Origin: Propionibacteriaceae bacterium UBA6122
Lineage (GTDB): Bacteria; Actinomycetota; Actinomycetes; Propionibacteriales; Propionibacteriaceae
Assembly: GCA_002428365.1 (NCBI GenBank)
Contig: DIVW01000033.1
Location: 3,714-67,713, forward strand
Length of the DNA stretch: 64,000 nt
Reading direction: 5' to 3'
How positions within the stretch are numbered: position 1 is the first letter of the stretch; every line of letters begins with the position of its first letter. Shown piece after piece: positions 20,369 through 30,235 of this stretch. Made by a program: the position numbers and the translations under genes. A model generated the notes under the pieces. It had not been told where the DNA came from and made no database searches. It saw only the letters and a list, made by a program, of their open reading frames with translations.

Positions 20369-21620
20369 CCTTTCGATACACCTGCCCGTCCGCGGCCGGC
20401 ATTCGCAGGCGTTGGGCCGAGAAGGCCAACACCAGCAAGGTGGCGACGTAGGGGGTCATGTTGGTGAACTCAGAGGGCACCTCGCTGGTGAGCGCGTACC
20501 AGGCCAGCACTGCCAAAGCCAGGGCTATCCGCCACAGCCCAGCAAACGGCTTGCCCTTGACGCGGCGAATCAGCTGCCAAACACCCCAGGCCAACAACAG
20601 CAAGCCGATGGGGAGCAAGTAGGCATGCACCACGTCACCGCGACCGCGCAGCTGGATGGCATCGGCGTAGCCGAACAGCATCGCGCCGGCAGCCAGCCCG
20701 CCCGGGCGCCAGTTGCCGAAGATCATGGCCGCCAGACCGATGTAGCCACGGCCACCGGTTTGGCCGTCGCGGAACAGGTTGGAGGCGACCAGCACCAGGA
20801 AGCCGCCGGCCAGGCCAGCCAGGCCACCGGAGACCACCACGGCCAGGAATTTGTACCGCAGAACGTTCACGCCCAGGGTTTCGGCGGCATGTGGCGCTTC
20901 GCCACAGGAGCGCAACCGCAGGCCGAACGGGGTGCGCCAAAGCAGCCACCACGATCCCACCAACAGCAGCACCGCGATCAGCACCAGCACGTTGACGTCG
21001 GTGGTGACCGCGCGCAGGATGCCGGCCACGTCGGCCACCAGCCAGGTGCCGGACTTCTCCAGGCCGAACAACCAGTCACCAAGTCCAGGCACCGAGAGAT
21101 AGGGCAGCTTCTGCAGTGGCGGCGACTGGGTCGGCCCACCGCCGGGCAGGCCAGTGAACGTCCGCACCGCCAGGTAGGCGCCAGCACCAGCACCAAGCAG
21201 GTTGATCGCCACCCCCGAGACGATGTGATCGACACCGAAGATGACCGTGGCTACCGCATGAATGGCGCCACCAACGAAGCCCATCAGGATCGCGCCGATG
21301 ATGCCCGCCCAAGGCCCATAGTGATAGCCAAAGAAGGCCGCTCCCCAGGTGCCGAGAATCATCATGCCTTCCAGGCCGATGTTCACCACGCCCGCGCGTT
21401 CCGACCAGAGGCCACCCAGGCCAGCCAGGGCCAGCGGCATCGCCAGCCCGATCGCTGCCGCCAGTGCGCCAGAAGAATCAAGATCGTTCGCCCCGGTGAG
21501 CACGCGCACGGTGGCCAACACCAGCAGTGATCCGATCAGGATTGCCGGCCAATACCAAACCGGACGACGCTGGCTCGCCAGCGCTTCGGGAGCGATCGGG
21601 GTTAGAGCCGTGGTGCTCAT
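20355..21620 (-). CDS. Nucleoside ABC transporter permease
   Basis: SERAGVVNIGLEG and GRGYIGLAAMIFGNW. Confidence 0.9.
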   Translation of the reverse strand: MSTTALTPIAPEALASQRRPVWYWPAILIGSLLVLATVRVLTGANDLDSSGALAAAIGLAMPLALAGLGGLWSERAGVVNIGLEGMMILGTWGAAFFGYHYGPWAGIIGAILMGFVGGAIHAVATVIFGVDHIVSGVAINLLGAGAGAYLAVRTFTGLPGGGPTQSPPLQKLPYLSVPGLGDWLFGLEKSGTWLVADVAGILRAVTTDVNVLVLIAVLLLVGSWWLLWRTPFGLRLRSCGEAPHAAETLGVNVLRYKFLAVVVSGGLAGLAGGFLVLVASNLFRDGQTGGRGYIGLAAMIFGNWRPGGLAAGAMLFGYADAIQLRGRGDVVHAYLLPIGLLLLAWGVWQLIRRVKGKPFAGLWRIALALAVLAWYALTSEVPSEFTNMTPYVATLLVLAFSAQRLRMPAADGQVYRKGEAN

Positions 21621-22732
21621 ACCGCCACCTCCTCGGTCTTGGTGCTGGCCTGAGCAGCCAATTCACTGGCCACTCTTCGTTGCTCAAGTCTCAGACCGGC
21701 CCGACGGACGACCTCGTAGGCGATTACGACCGAGAGCACGATGATGCCCTGAATGATCAGCACCAGCTTGTCTGAGACGCCCGCGCTGATTTGCAGACCA
21801 TTGCTGATCTGGCTCAGATAGCCCCAAAGCAACGCGGCGATCGCCATGCCTGCCGGGTGGTTTCGACCCAGCAGCGCCACCGAAATGCCAGCGAAACCCA
21901 GCCCGGCCTGGACGGTGTCGCCATAGGCGTAGTCCTGACCGAAGAGCAGCGGCATGCCGACCAAACCGGCGGCGGCGCCCGAGATGACCATCGAGGCCAA
22001 CACCATCTTCTTCACGTTGATGCCGCTAGCCACTGCCGCAGTCTCTGATTGCCCGGTGGCTCGAAGGTCGAAGCCGAAGCGGGTCTTGTTCAGCACGAAC
22101 CAGTAGATGAAGCCGACCGCGATCGCCAGGAAGATCAGGCCATAGATCTTGTTGTTGGTGGCCAGCAGCCAGTTCACGCTGATGCCGGGCACCCGGGAAT
22201 CCTCGGCCAACACGGCGGTGCTGGTGGCGTTCGATCCTTCCACCTTGACCGCGGCCATCTTCAGGAAGAAGGCCACCAGATAGGTGGCGATGTAGTTCAG
22301 CATGATGGTGCTGATCACCTCTGATACCCCGCGGCCCACCTTCAACGCGCCGGCAATCAGCGCCCACAGCGCACCGGTGATCATCGAGATCACGATGGCG
22401 ACCGCGATGTTCAGCCAGCCGGGCAGGAAGTTCGCGCCAGCGAAGACTGCCGCGGCGAAGGAGGCCACTCGGTACTGACCGTCAACGCCGATGTTGAACA
22501 GGTTCATCTTGAACCCGATCGCTACCGCAACCGCCGACAGGTAGAGCACGGTGGCTTCGTTGACGATAGCCACCACCTGGCGTGGCAGCGGTGCCTTGAA
22601 CAGCACCTGCCACACCGCGACCACCGGGTCACCGGCCACCAGCAGAATCAAAGTGGCCAGAATCAAGGCCACTCCGATGGCCAGCACCGGGGCGGCTACC
22701 GCCAAGCCAATCCGGCGCAGATCAAGCTTCAT
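21617..22732 (-). CDS. Nucleoside ABC transporter permease
   Basis: LFNIGVDGQ, EVISTIMLN and ALLGRNHP. Confidence 0.9.
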   Translation of the reverse strand: MKLDLRRIGLAVAAPVLAIGVALILATLILLVAGDPVVAVWQVLFKAPLPRQVVAIVNEATVLYLSAVAVAIGFKMNLFNIGVDGQYRVASFAAAVFAGANFLPGWLNIAVAIVISMITGALWALIAGALKVGRGVSEVISTIMLNYIATYLVAFFLKMAAVKVEGSNATSTAVLAEDSRVPGISVNWLLATNNKIYGLIFLAIAVGFIYWFVLNKTRFGFDLRATGQSETAAVASGINVKKMVLASMVISGAAAGLVGMPLLFGQDYAYGDTVQAGLGFAGISVALLGRNHPAGMAIAALLWGYLSQISNGLQISAGVSDKLVLIIQGIIVLSVVIAYEVVRRAGLRLEQRRVASELAAQASTKTEEVAV

Positions 22733-24284
22733 TGTGGGTCCCCTCAGCGGAGTCGGCGCCAGTCATGGCAGCACCTAGTTGTTCTCTGGTGACGACGTCG
22801 GGATCGAACTCGCCGGACAACCGGCCCCGCAGGATCACCCTGATGGTGTCGGAAAGGCCGACCAGTTCTTCCAGGTCTGCCGAAATCAGTAGGACGGCCA
22901 TGCCGTTGCGGCGAGCGTCCTTGATCAGATCCCAGATGGCGGCCTGCGCTCCGACGTCCACCCCTCGGGTCGGATGGGCGGCCACCAGCACTCGCGGCGC
23001 GTGACTCATCTCGCGGCCAATGATCAGCTTCTGCTGATTGCCACCCGACAGTGAACCGGCCGTGACCAGGATCGAGGGGGTGCGGACGTCGAACTCGTCG
23101 ACTACTCGCTGGGTGTCGGCCTTGGCCGCCTTGGCATCGATCAGTGGGCCCTTGATATTGGGCGCCTGGGTCTGGTGACCGAGGATCATGTTCTCCCACA
23201 GCGGCGCTTCGAGCAGCAACCCGTGCCGATGCCGATCCTCGGGAATGTAGCCAACTCCGGCCTCGCGAATATCGCGCACCCCGGCGGCGGTGATGTCATC
23301 GCCTTCCAGCAGCACCTTGCCCGCGCTGGGCCGACGCATGCCCATGATCAGCTCAACCAGCTCGGCCTGGCCGTTGCCCTCGACCCCGGCAATGCCGAGG
23401 ATCTCGCCAGCATGAATCTTCAAGTCAATACCGTCCAGCACCTTCGCCTGACCGGTCGTGCCGAGTTCAACGCCCTGGAGTTCGAGCATCAGCCGGTCGG
23501 TGACGGTGGATTCCTCGGTCTGCGGGGACGGCAACTCCGAGCCGACCATCAGTTCGGCCAACTGCCGGGCAGTGACCTGCTTGGGGTCGACCGCAGCCAC
23601 GGTGGTGCCGCGTCGGATCACGGTGATCTCATCGGCAACCGAGAGCACTTCGTCGAGCTTGTGGGAGATGAAGATGACGGTCAGGCCCTCGGATTTGAGT
23701 TCACGCAGATGGTCGAACAGCTCGTTTACCTCCTGGGGCACGAGCACGGCGGTGGGTTCGTCGAGGATCAGGATCTTCGCGCCGCGGTAAAGCACCTTCA
23801 AGATCTCGATGCGCTGGCGATCGCCTACACCAAGGTCGGCAACCAGGTCGTCCGGCTCGACTCGCAGCCCATAGTCTCTGGAGATCTGCCGGATCCGGGC
23901 GCGAGCGGCATCACCGATGCCGTACAGCTTCTCAGCACCCAGGGCGACGTTCTCCAACACGGTCAGATTGTCGGCCAACATGAAGTGTTGGAAGACCATC
24001 CCAATGCCAGCCTTGATCGCCTCGGTGGGGCTCTTCAGCACCACCGGTTCACCATTGATCGAAATGGTGCCCTCGTCTGGCGCTTGCACACCGTAGAGAA
24101 TCTTCATCAGGGTGGACTTGCCAGCGCCGTTCTCCCCGACGATCGCGTGAATCGTGCCCCGTCGCACGCTCAAAACGATGTCTTTGTTGGCAACAACCCC
24201 CGGAAACCTCTTCGTGATGCCCTGCAGCTCGACCGCCAGCGCGGTGGAGGTAGACAGGTCAGCGGTGGTCTCGGCACTGGTCAT
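22722..24284 (-). CDS. Nucleoside ABC transporter ATP-binding protein
   Basis: [17 protein letters not shown] and [11 protein letters not shown] at 24284 after AGAGGAG. Confidence 0.92.
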   Translation of the reverse strand: MTSAETTADLSTSTALAVELQGITKRFPGVVANKDIVLSVRRGTIHAIVGENGAGKSTLMKILYGVQAPDEGTISINGEPVVLKSPTEAIKAGIGMVFQHFMLADNLTVLENVALGAEKLYGIGDAARARIRQISRDYGLRVEPDDLVADLGVGDRQRIEILKVLYRGAKILILDEPTAVLVPQEVNELFDHLRELKSEGLTVIFISHKLDEVLSVADEITVIRRGTTVAAVDPKQVTARQLAELMVGSELPSPQTEESTVTDRLMLELQGVELGTTGQAKVLDGIDLKIHAGEILGIAGVEGNGQAELVELIMGMRRPSAGKVLLEGDDITAAGVRDIREAGVGYIPEDRHRHGLLLEAPLWENMILGHQTQAPNIKGPLIDAKAAKADTQRVVDEFDVRTPSILVTAGSLSGGNQQKLIIGREMSHAPRVLVAAHPTRGVDVGAQAAIWDLIKDARRNGMAVLLISADLEELVGLSDTIRVILRGRLSGEFDPDVVTREQLGAAMTGADSAEGTHNEA

Positions 24285-24351
24285 CGGGCCGCTCCTCTTA
24301 GCTTCGTTGCTCCGGCAGTTGAACGCCGTTGCCACAGGCACTCTAGTAGGT

Positions 24352-24391
24352 GAAACCGGCCCGAGTGACGAAAGTCACTCGGGCCGGTTTC
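24352..24391 (-). terminator. Perfect 18-bp stem-loop between the BMP lipoprotein and ATPase genes
   Basis: GAAACCGGCCCGAGTGAC-GAAA-GTCACTCGGGCCGGTTTC (plus strand). Confidence 0.7.
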
Positions 24392-24437
24392 CAGACAATC
24401 AGCGAGCCCTTGGGCTCACCGGTTGATCAGGGTCAGC

Positions 24438-25484
24438 TCACTTCTTGGCAGGAGCAGCGGGAACCGTGATCTTGCCGGAGATGATGTCAGCCTTGTAGGC
24501 GTCCAGCTGGGCCTTGATGTCGTCGATCTTGCCACCGGTGGTGGAGTAGCCAACGCCATCGACCTTCAGATCGAACACGTTGTTGCCAGCCTTGAAGCTG
24601 CCATCGTGGATCGACTTGATGAAGGTGTAAACGCCAACGTCAACGCGCTTCAGCATCGAGGTGATGATGACGCTACGCACGTCTTCAGCAGCGGTCAGCG
24701 CCTGATCGGAGTCAACACCGATGGCCATCTTGCCAGCAGCCTTAGCAGCGCTGAAGACGCCACCACCGGAACCGCCAGCAGCGTGGTAAACCACATCGGC
24801 ACCACCCTGGTACATGCCCTCAGCAGCAGCCTTGCCCTTGTCAACAGAGGCGAAGCCACTGAAGTCCGGCGGCTGGGTGAGGTACTTGACCGAGATCTTG
24901 ATGTCCGGCTTGACGGCCTTTGCGCCAGCAACGAAGCCAGCCTCGAACTTCTCGATCAGGCCGATCTGGACGCCACCGACGAAACCGATGTGACCGGTGG
25001 TCGACTTCAGCGCGGCAGCGGCACCCACCAGGAACGAACCCTCGTTCTCGGCGAAGGTGATGTTCATGATGTTGTCGCCGGTGGAGGCCTCGGAGGCGTC
25101 ATCGACGATGGCGAACTTCACGTCCGGGTTGGCCTTGGCAACCTTGCCGACCGACGGGGCGTAGGCGAAGCCCACAGCGACGATGTTGGTGTAGCCAGCG
25201 TCAATGAGCTGGTTGAGGCGCTCCTCGCGAGCGGACTCAGATTCACCATTGGTGGCCGCAGCCTCCTTGGTTTCTACGCCGAACTCCTTGGCGGCCTTGT
25301 CGAGGCCGAGGGCGGCGGAATCGTTGAACGACTGATCACCACGGCCGCCGACGTCGTAGGCCATGCCGATCTTGATCTTGGGGCCGGTGTCGGACGCTGA
25401 CGGCGCTGCGCCGCCGGTGCTGCACGCAGTCAGGGTTAGCGCGGCGGCGGCCACCACTGCGATGCTCTTGATCACCTTATGCAC
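24438..25484 (-). CDS. BMP-family nucleoside-binding lipoprotein
   Basis: Lipobox LTAC; GGRGDQSFN, IGVDSDQ and SMLKRVD; GTG start after GAAGGAG. Confidence 0.92.
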   Translation of the reverse strand: MHKVIKSIAVVAAAALTLTACSTGGAAPSASDTGPKIKIGMAYDVGGRGDQSFNDSAALGLDKAAKEFGVETKEAAATNGESESAREERLNQLIDAGYTNIVAVGFAYAPSVGKVAKANPDVKFAIVDDASEASTGDNIMNITFAENEGSFLVGAAAALKSTTGHIGFVGGVQIGLIEKFEAGFVAGAKAVKPDIKISVKYLTQPPDFSGFASVDKGKAAAEGMYQGGADVVYHAAGGSGGGVFSAAKAAGKMAIGVDSDQALTAAEDVRSVIITSMLKRVDVGVYTFIKSIHDGSFKAGNNVFDLKVDGVGYSTTGGKIDDIKAQLDAYKADIISGKITVPAAPAKK

Positions 25485-25637
25485 GGTGTCTCCTTCTGGG
25501 AATAAACCTGTGCGCGGCAACCGCGCACACCTTGGGTGACTCTAGCCCCCGCCACCGGGCCTAGGTGCAAGAAGTGCGGGCCTGCCATGAACCGTTACCA
25601 AAAGGTAAGACAAGGCGGCGAGCGATAGGCTGGGGGG

Positions 25638-27182
25638 ATGAAGGATCGGTTCATCAGCGAGGCTGAAGGCCTTGTCAACAGCCGCGTTATCGGTTACGAC
25701 CAGAAGGTGCGCCGGCTGGCCGCACTGGCCGCCAACGCGTTGCCCTACCCGGCACTGTCGCCGTTATGCCAGGAGGCGCTCGAGGCCCGGGTCGTCTGCG
25801 ACATGTACGAGGGCAACCGTCCGTTCACCCCGCGCTACGTGTTGCCCGACTACGCCAAGGCCTTGCGCAACGGCGTGAAATACCTGGAACTGGAGCCGCC
25901 GTCCAATCTCGACGATGCGCTCAGCTTCCTGACCATTCTCTACAGCCAGGTGCCCTCAGTTACCACCTACCCGGTCTACCTCGGCGACCTCGATGCCCTG
26001 CTGGAGCCGTATGTGCCAGCCGACCTGCCTGATGATGAGCTGGACGCCAAGCTGCGGCGCTTCTGGATTCAGCTCGACCGGCTGCTGCCCGACGCGTTCA
26101 CCCACGCCAACGTCGGGCCCGCTGATGGCCGGGTGATCCGATCGATCTGGCGGGTGGAGCGCTCCCTGCGCCAGGTGGTGCCCAACCTGACTTTGAAGGT
26201 CTCCCCCGAGACCCCGGATGATCTGATCGAGGATGCGGTGCGGACGGTCTTCGTCACCGCCAAGCCGCATTTCGTCAACCACCCGATGATGGTGGCCGAT
26301 CATGGCACCGAGTACGCGGCCGTCAGCTGCTACAACTCACTGAAGGTCCGCGGTGGGGCCCACACCCTGGTGCGGCTGAACCTGAAGCGCGCCGTGGATC
26401 GCCACCTGGGCGGCGTGGATGCCTTCTGCCTGGAGAGCCTGCCGCACTGGGTTGAGTTGACCAGCGAACTAGGCGAGGCCCGGATTCGCTCGCTGGTGGA
26501 GGATGCCGGGTTCTTTGAGTCCAACTTCCTGGCCACCGAGGGCCTGATCGAACTGGATCGGTTCTCGATGATGTTCGGCATCTTTGGCTTGGCCGAGTGC
26601 GTCAACGAGTTGATGGTTCGCGAAGGACAGCCCGAGGCGCGTTATGGCCACGACCCGCGCGCCAACGCGGCTGCTCACCAGATCGTCGGCCGCATCGCTG
26701 AGCTCATCAAGGATCGCCGGTTGCCCTACTGCAACGGCGGTGGCGGCTTCGCCTACCTGCATTCGCAAAGCGGTATCGATCTTGACTTGGACGCGACCGC
26801 AGGAACCCGGATTCCGATTGGTGACGAGCCGAGCATGCTGGAACACATCGAGGTTTGCGCCCCGATTCACCAACTCTTCCCGGCTGGCATCTCGGACATC
26901 TTCCACGTCGAGGAGACCGTCACCCGGAATCCGCGCGCCATGGTGGACGTGATTCGCGGCGCGCTGGGCGCGGGCATGCGCGACTTCACTTTCAACCTGG
27001 ATTCCAACGAGTTCATTCGGATCACCGGCTATCTGGTGCGCAAATCCGACCTGCTCGGCCTCGACGAGCATGGCGCACGGCATTCCAGCGACTATCTGGC
27101 TGCCACCGCCGAGGTGAACCACACGGTGACCACCCGAGCGATCAAGCGGGTGATCGCGGCCGAGTTGAGCCCGCAAGGGTGA
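25638..27182 (+). CDS. yjjI: YjjI-family glycyl radical enzyme
   Basis: CDMYEGNRPFTPRYVLPDY, VPSVTTYPVYLG, SCYNSL and C-terminal glycyl-radical motif RITGYLV. Confidence 0.88.
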   Translation: MKDRFISEAEGLVNSRVIGYDQKVRRLAALAANALPYPALSPLCQEALEARVVCDMYEGNRPFTPRYVLPDYAKALRNGVKYLELEPPSNLDDALSFLTILYSQVPSVTTYPVYLGDLDALLEPYVPADLPDDELDAKLRRFWIQLDRLLPDAFTHANVGPADGRVIRSIWRVERSLRQVVPNLTLKVSPETPDDLIEDAVRTVFVTAKPHFVNHPMMVADHGTEYAAVSCYNSLKVRGGAHTLVRLNLKRAVDRHLGGVDAFCLESLPHWVELTSELGEARIRSLVEDAGFFESNFLATEGLIELDRFSMMFGIFGLAECVNELMVREGQPEARYGHDPRANAAAHQIVGRIAELIKDRRLPYCNGGGGFAYLHSQSGIDLDLDATAGTRIPIGDEPSMLEHIEVCAPIHQLFPAGISDIFHVEETVTRNPRAMVDVIRGALGAGMRDFTFNLDSNEFIRITGYLVRKSDLLGLDEHGARHSSDYLAATAEVNHTVTTRAIKRVIAAELSPQG

Positions 27183-27242
27183 ACCGGAAGCCGCCGATGC
27201 CACAACTGGCCGAGGCTGGCCCAGCCCCAGGTGGGAGAACAG

Positions 27243-28109
27243 ATGGCTGAGCTCATCGAAGCCCCGACCACCGGCCTGGTCACGGACGTCATCGAGTTTT
27301 CCGCCGTCGATGGCCCCGGCAATCGGTTCGTGGTGTTCCTGCAAGGCTGCAACTTCGACTGCCTGGCCTGCCACAACCCCTACACGATCAAGGCCTGCAT
27401 CGACTGTGGCATCTGCATCGAGGCATGTGCAGCTGGCGCCCTGAGCCTGGACGCCGAGGCCAAGATGGTGTGGGATCAGGCCGCCTGCACCGGCACCGAC
27501 GGTTGCATCGCGGCCTGCCCCTACGACTCCACGCCGAAGGCTCGTCCCCAGGCCGTAGCGAGCCTGCTGCCGCAGATCCGCCGAGCGGCCCCGTTCATTT
27601 CCGGCGTCACCGTCTCCGGTGGCGAGGCGACTCAGCAGTCCGGGTTCGTCCGGGCGCTGTTTGCCGCGGTGAAGGCCGAGTTCGTCAACCTCACCTGCTT
27701 CGTCGACTCCAACGGTGCTGCCGAGCCGTCAGTCTGGCAGGAGCTGGACGAAGTGATGGACGCGGCGATGATCGACCTGAAGTGCCTCGACGACGAGATT
27801 CATCGCCGAATCACCGGGGCCTCCAATGCCCAAGTGCTGGCCAGCATCAAGGCCCTCGCGGCCCGCGGCAAGCTCTATGAGGTGCGCCTGTTGTTAATGG
27901 TCGGCGTAAATGACTCCGACGAACTACTCGCCGCGACTGGGCGTTGGCTGGCCGCTATTGATCCCAAGATGCGCATCAAAGTGATCGGCTATCGCGCGCA
28001 CGGCGTGCGGCCCTCGCCGGTCCCGCTGATTGAACCGGACGCCGCCCAGCGCGCCCACTACGCCGAGGTGCTGGCCGCCGAGGGGCAGTTCGATCTCGTG
28101 GTGATCTAG
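27243..28109 (+). CDS. yjjW: YjjW-family glycyl-radical activating enzyme (radical SAM with ferredoxin insert)
   Basis: VDGPGNR, CNFDCLACHNP, CIDCGICIEAC and GVTVSGGEAT. Confidence 0.9.
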   Translation: MAELIEAPTTGLVTDVIEFSAVDGPGNRFVVFLQGCNFDCLACHNPYTIKACIDCGICIEACAAGALSLDAEAKMVWDQAACTGTDGCIAACPYDSTPKARPQAVASLLPQIRRAAPFISGVTVSGGEATQQSGFVRALFAAVKAEFVNLTCFVDSNGAAEPSVWQELDEVMDAAMIDLKCLDDEIHRRITGASNAQVLASIKALAARGKLYEVRLLLMVGVNDSDELLAATGRWLAAIDPKMRIKVIGYRAHGVRPSPVPLIEPDAAQRAHYAEVLAAEGQFDLVVI

Positions 28110-28387
28110 GACGCTTCGCCGCGCCGCGAAACCTGGGCGATCAACTCGCGACTACAGCCCAGGGCCGCCGCCAACGCCCCGTACGACCATTTCTGCGGGT
28201 CCTCGGCGCGGAGGCGCCGGACCAGCTGGTCACGTTCTGCGCGAAGCCGCGCGGCCAACTCGTCGGCCTCGACCGCTTTGCGGTGCAGTTCCCGAGCACG
28301 CGCGGCACGGGCGTCCGAGGTCCCCCCGGAACGCCGAATGGCGGCACCCCGCTGGGGGGCGCCGCCACGATCGGGCCTATTGGCCAC
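28106..28387 (-). CDS. Small helix-turn-helix protein overlapping the Ro60 gene
   Basis: Coiled-coil segment followed by WSYGALAAALGCSRELIAQVSRR (HTH-like); GTG start overlaps the rsr stop. Confidence 0.7.
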   Translation of the reverse strand: MANRPDRGGAPQRGAAIRRSGGTSDARAARARELHRKAVEADELAARLRAERDQLVRRLRAEDPQKWSYGALAAALGCSRELIAQVSRRGEAS

Positions 28388-29972
28388 TGGCGAACTCCGT
28401 GATCAGGTTCGGCACGGCTGCGTCGAACCCGGCGATGTCGAGCATGCCCGCATCATCGGGATCAGCGATGCTGAACGCGTTCGAGGTCATTCCCACCACC
28501 ACGAGCTTGGCCGGGATTCCGGTCTGCTCGCGGTAGGCCCGCAACGCCTGATGCGGATGCACGTTCCCGGCCCAGGTTTCGTTGTCGGTGTAGACCACGA
28601 AGGTGTCCACCTCCAAACCTTCCCGGGCCGCGTGCACCATCGGCAGCGCGCAGTCGGTGCCACCGAAGGGCATCGCATCGATCACCTTCAGCGCGTCATC
28701 CAACCGGCGACGCGGCGAGATGCCCAGCGGCCTCAACACCGACTCACGCCAGTTGGCCAGCCCAGCCGCCGCAAACCCGTACGCAGCCGCGGACGGCTCG
28801 GTGGCCAGCTGCACCAACGCCAGGGCGGCTGAGGCCTCCCGAGCGGTGATCGGCATGCCGGAGATGGGCACCCCCATCGAGCCCGACACGTCGACGGCCA
28901 GCATGGTCCGCGTGCCCGACGGCCGCACCGCACCGAAAGCCGCGTAGAACGCAGCGTCCAAGGCATCGGCGATCGCCGGGGTCGGCGTCCACTCCCCCAC
29001 ACCACGAGCCGAGTGGCCCGAGGTGTAGGTGCGCTGGGCGACCAACACGTTCACCGGGTGCACCCGCGCCTTGCGGAGCCGGTCGGCATCGGTCAGTTGC
29101 GTGACCACCTCGGCGGTGCGTCCGCCCATGGCGGGCAGGACGCCGAGTCGAGTCAGTCGCGGCAGCTGACGCATGAGTGCGGTCTGGGGCATGCCGGAAT
29201 CCAGCAGCGCATCCCACACCGCAGCCTCACTCAGCGCGGCATCGGGCAGCATCTCCCAACTGAGGCCGTGATCGCTGACCAGTCGCGTCCAGGTGGCCAC
29301 ATCGGTGGCCTCCTGAGCGGCGACGAAGCCGGACACGATCGCGGGCACCTCGGCACCCGCCTCACCACGCAGGATCCACTCGAAAGTGGCTCGCAACGCA
29401 GGGACGCTGGTCACCGGGTGAGCCAGTCGCAACAGGTCTCGATGCGACCAGCCCTCACGCTGGCGATACTTCACCGCCTGGTAGGCCACCGCGTCGGCGT
29501 CCTTGGTGGTGTACCAGTTCGCCGCCGCCCGACGCAGCCCGCGACCCCAGCCACGGAACTGCTCCACGTAGCCAGCGAACAGAAACAGCTGCGTGCCCGT
29601 CCGTGCGACCTGGGGCAGGGCGGCCAGCGCGGACGGTGCGGCCTCCGGAACGGAAGCGGCGTAGGCCAACGCGAACAGTGCCGGGTTCTGCTTGGGCGCC
29701 CGACCCTGGGTGGAGATCTCCACGATGGTGGCGACCAAACCCTCAGGGTCGGCGGCCGCCAGTCGGGTCAGTACGGCAGCGTTGTCCAGCGCGAGCGCGC
29801 GATCACCGACGTAATACGTACCGCCGTCCACACCCAGGGTGAGGAACCGACGCAGCCGCGCCTGATCGTCCAGCTCGAAGGTGTACCCACCTGCGCTGTT
29901 GGCGACCTGTCGGGGATCAGCCTTCTGGCTCTGCGGCGTGCGCCGCGAGCTGATCCAATTCAAAACGTCCAT
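28377..29972 (-). CDS. rsr: Ro60 / TROVE-domain RNA-binding protein (Rsr) with C-terminal vWA
   Basis: NSAGGYTF, RFLTLG, GWGRGLRR, VKYRQREGWSHRDLLRLAHP, MIDAS DVSGSM, TDNETW and IAGFD; RBS AAAGGAGG before ATG 29972. Confidence 0.95.
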   Translation of the reverse strand: MDVLNWISSRRTPQSQKADPRQVANSAGGYTFELDDQARLRRFLTLGVDGGTYYVGDRALALDNAAVLTRLAAADPEGLVATIVEISTQGRAPKQNPALFALAYAASVPEAAPSALAALPQVARTGTQLFLFAGYVEQFRGWGRGLRRAAANWYTTKDADAVAYQAVKYRQREGWSHRDLLRLAHPVTSVPALRATFEWILRGEAGAEVPAIVSGFVAAQEATDVATWTRLVSDHGLSWEMLPDAALSEAAVWDALLDSGMPQTALMRQLPRLTRLGVLPAMGGRTAEVVTQLTDADRLRKARVHPVNVLVAQRTYTSGHSARGVGEWTPTPAIADALDAAFYAAFGAVRPSGTRTMLAVDVSGSMGVPISGMPITAREASAALALVQLATEPSAAAYGFAAAGLANWRESVLRPLGISPRRRLDDALKVIDAMPFGGTDCALPMVHAAREGLEVDTFVVYTDNETWAGNVHPHQALRAYREQTGIPAKLVVVGMTSNAFSIADPDDAGMLDIAGFDAAVPNLITEFASGQ

Positions 29973-30010
29973 CGGTTCCTCCTTTCGTTGTGCAGGGATT
30001 TCCTGCGTGA

Positions 30011-30122
30011 GCGGGGACGGGCGTGGAGTGCGCACCGGGTGGAACCCGGCCTGGCCGGGCCCGCCTTCTCACGGGCGGATTCCATTGAGAGTGGTAACCG
30101 ATTCGCTTCGGCCCGTCCTCGC
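30011..30122 (-). ncRNA. Y-RNA-like gene, unit A (degenerate tRNA-like domain with a CUCUCAA loop)
   Basis: Terminal stem GCGAGGACGGGC/GCCCGTCCCCGC; conserved GGGCCG-N7-TCGGTT and CCGGTG..CACGCCC; directly upstream of rsr. Confidence 0.75.
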
Positions 30123-30134
30123 ATCGCTGTGGGT

Positions 30135-30233
30135 GCAGTGGGCGTGGTGTGTCACCGGAGTACGCGACGCAAGCGCCACGTTGGGGATTCGAACCCTTGG
30201 ATACCAGATAACCGAATGACTTCGGCCCACTGC
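30135..30233 (-). ncRNA. Y-RNA-like gene, unit B (T-arm plus closed acceptor stem, no D arm)
   Basis: Terminal stem GCAGTGGGC/GCCCACTGC; GGGTTCGAATCCC T-loop; CGTGGCGC-TT-GCGTCGCG hairpin; shared stem motifs. Confidence 0.82.
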
Positions 30234-30235
30234 GG

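Noticed and set aside
25595..25608. TTACC-AAAA-GGTAA palindrome between the BMP and yjjI promoters
   Set aside because: Only 5-bp arms and a single copy; too weak to call.
29972..30035. N-terminal extension of Rsr from the GTG at 30035
   Set aside because: It overlaps Y RNA unit A; a strong AAAGGAGG RBS precedes the ATG at 29972.
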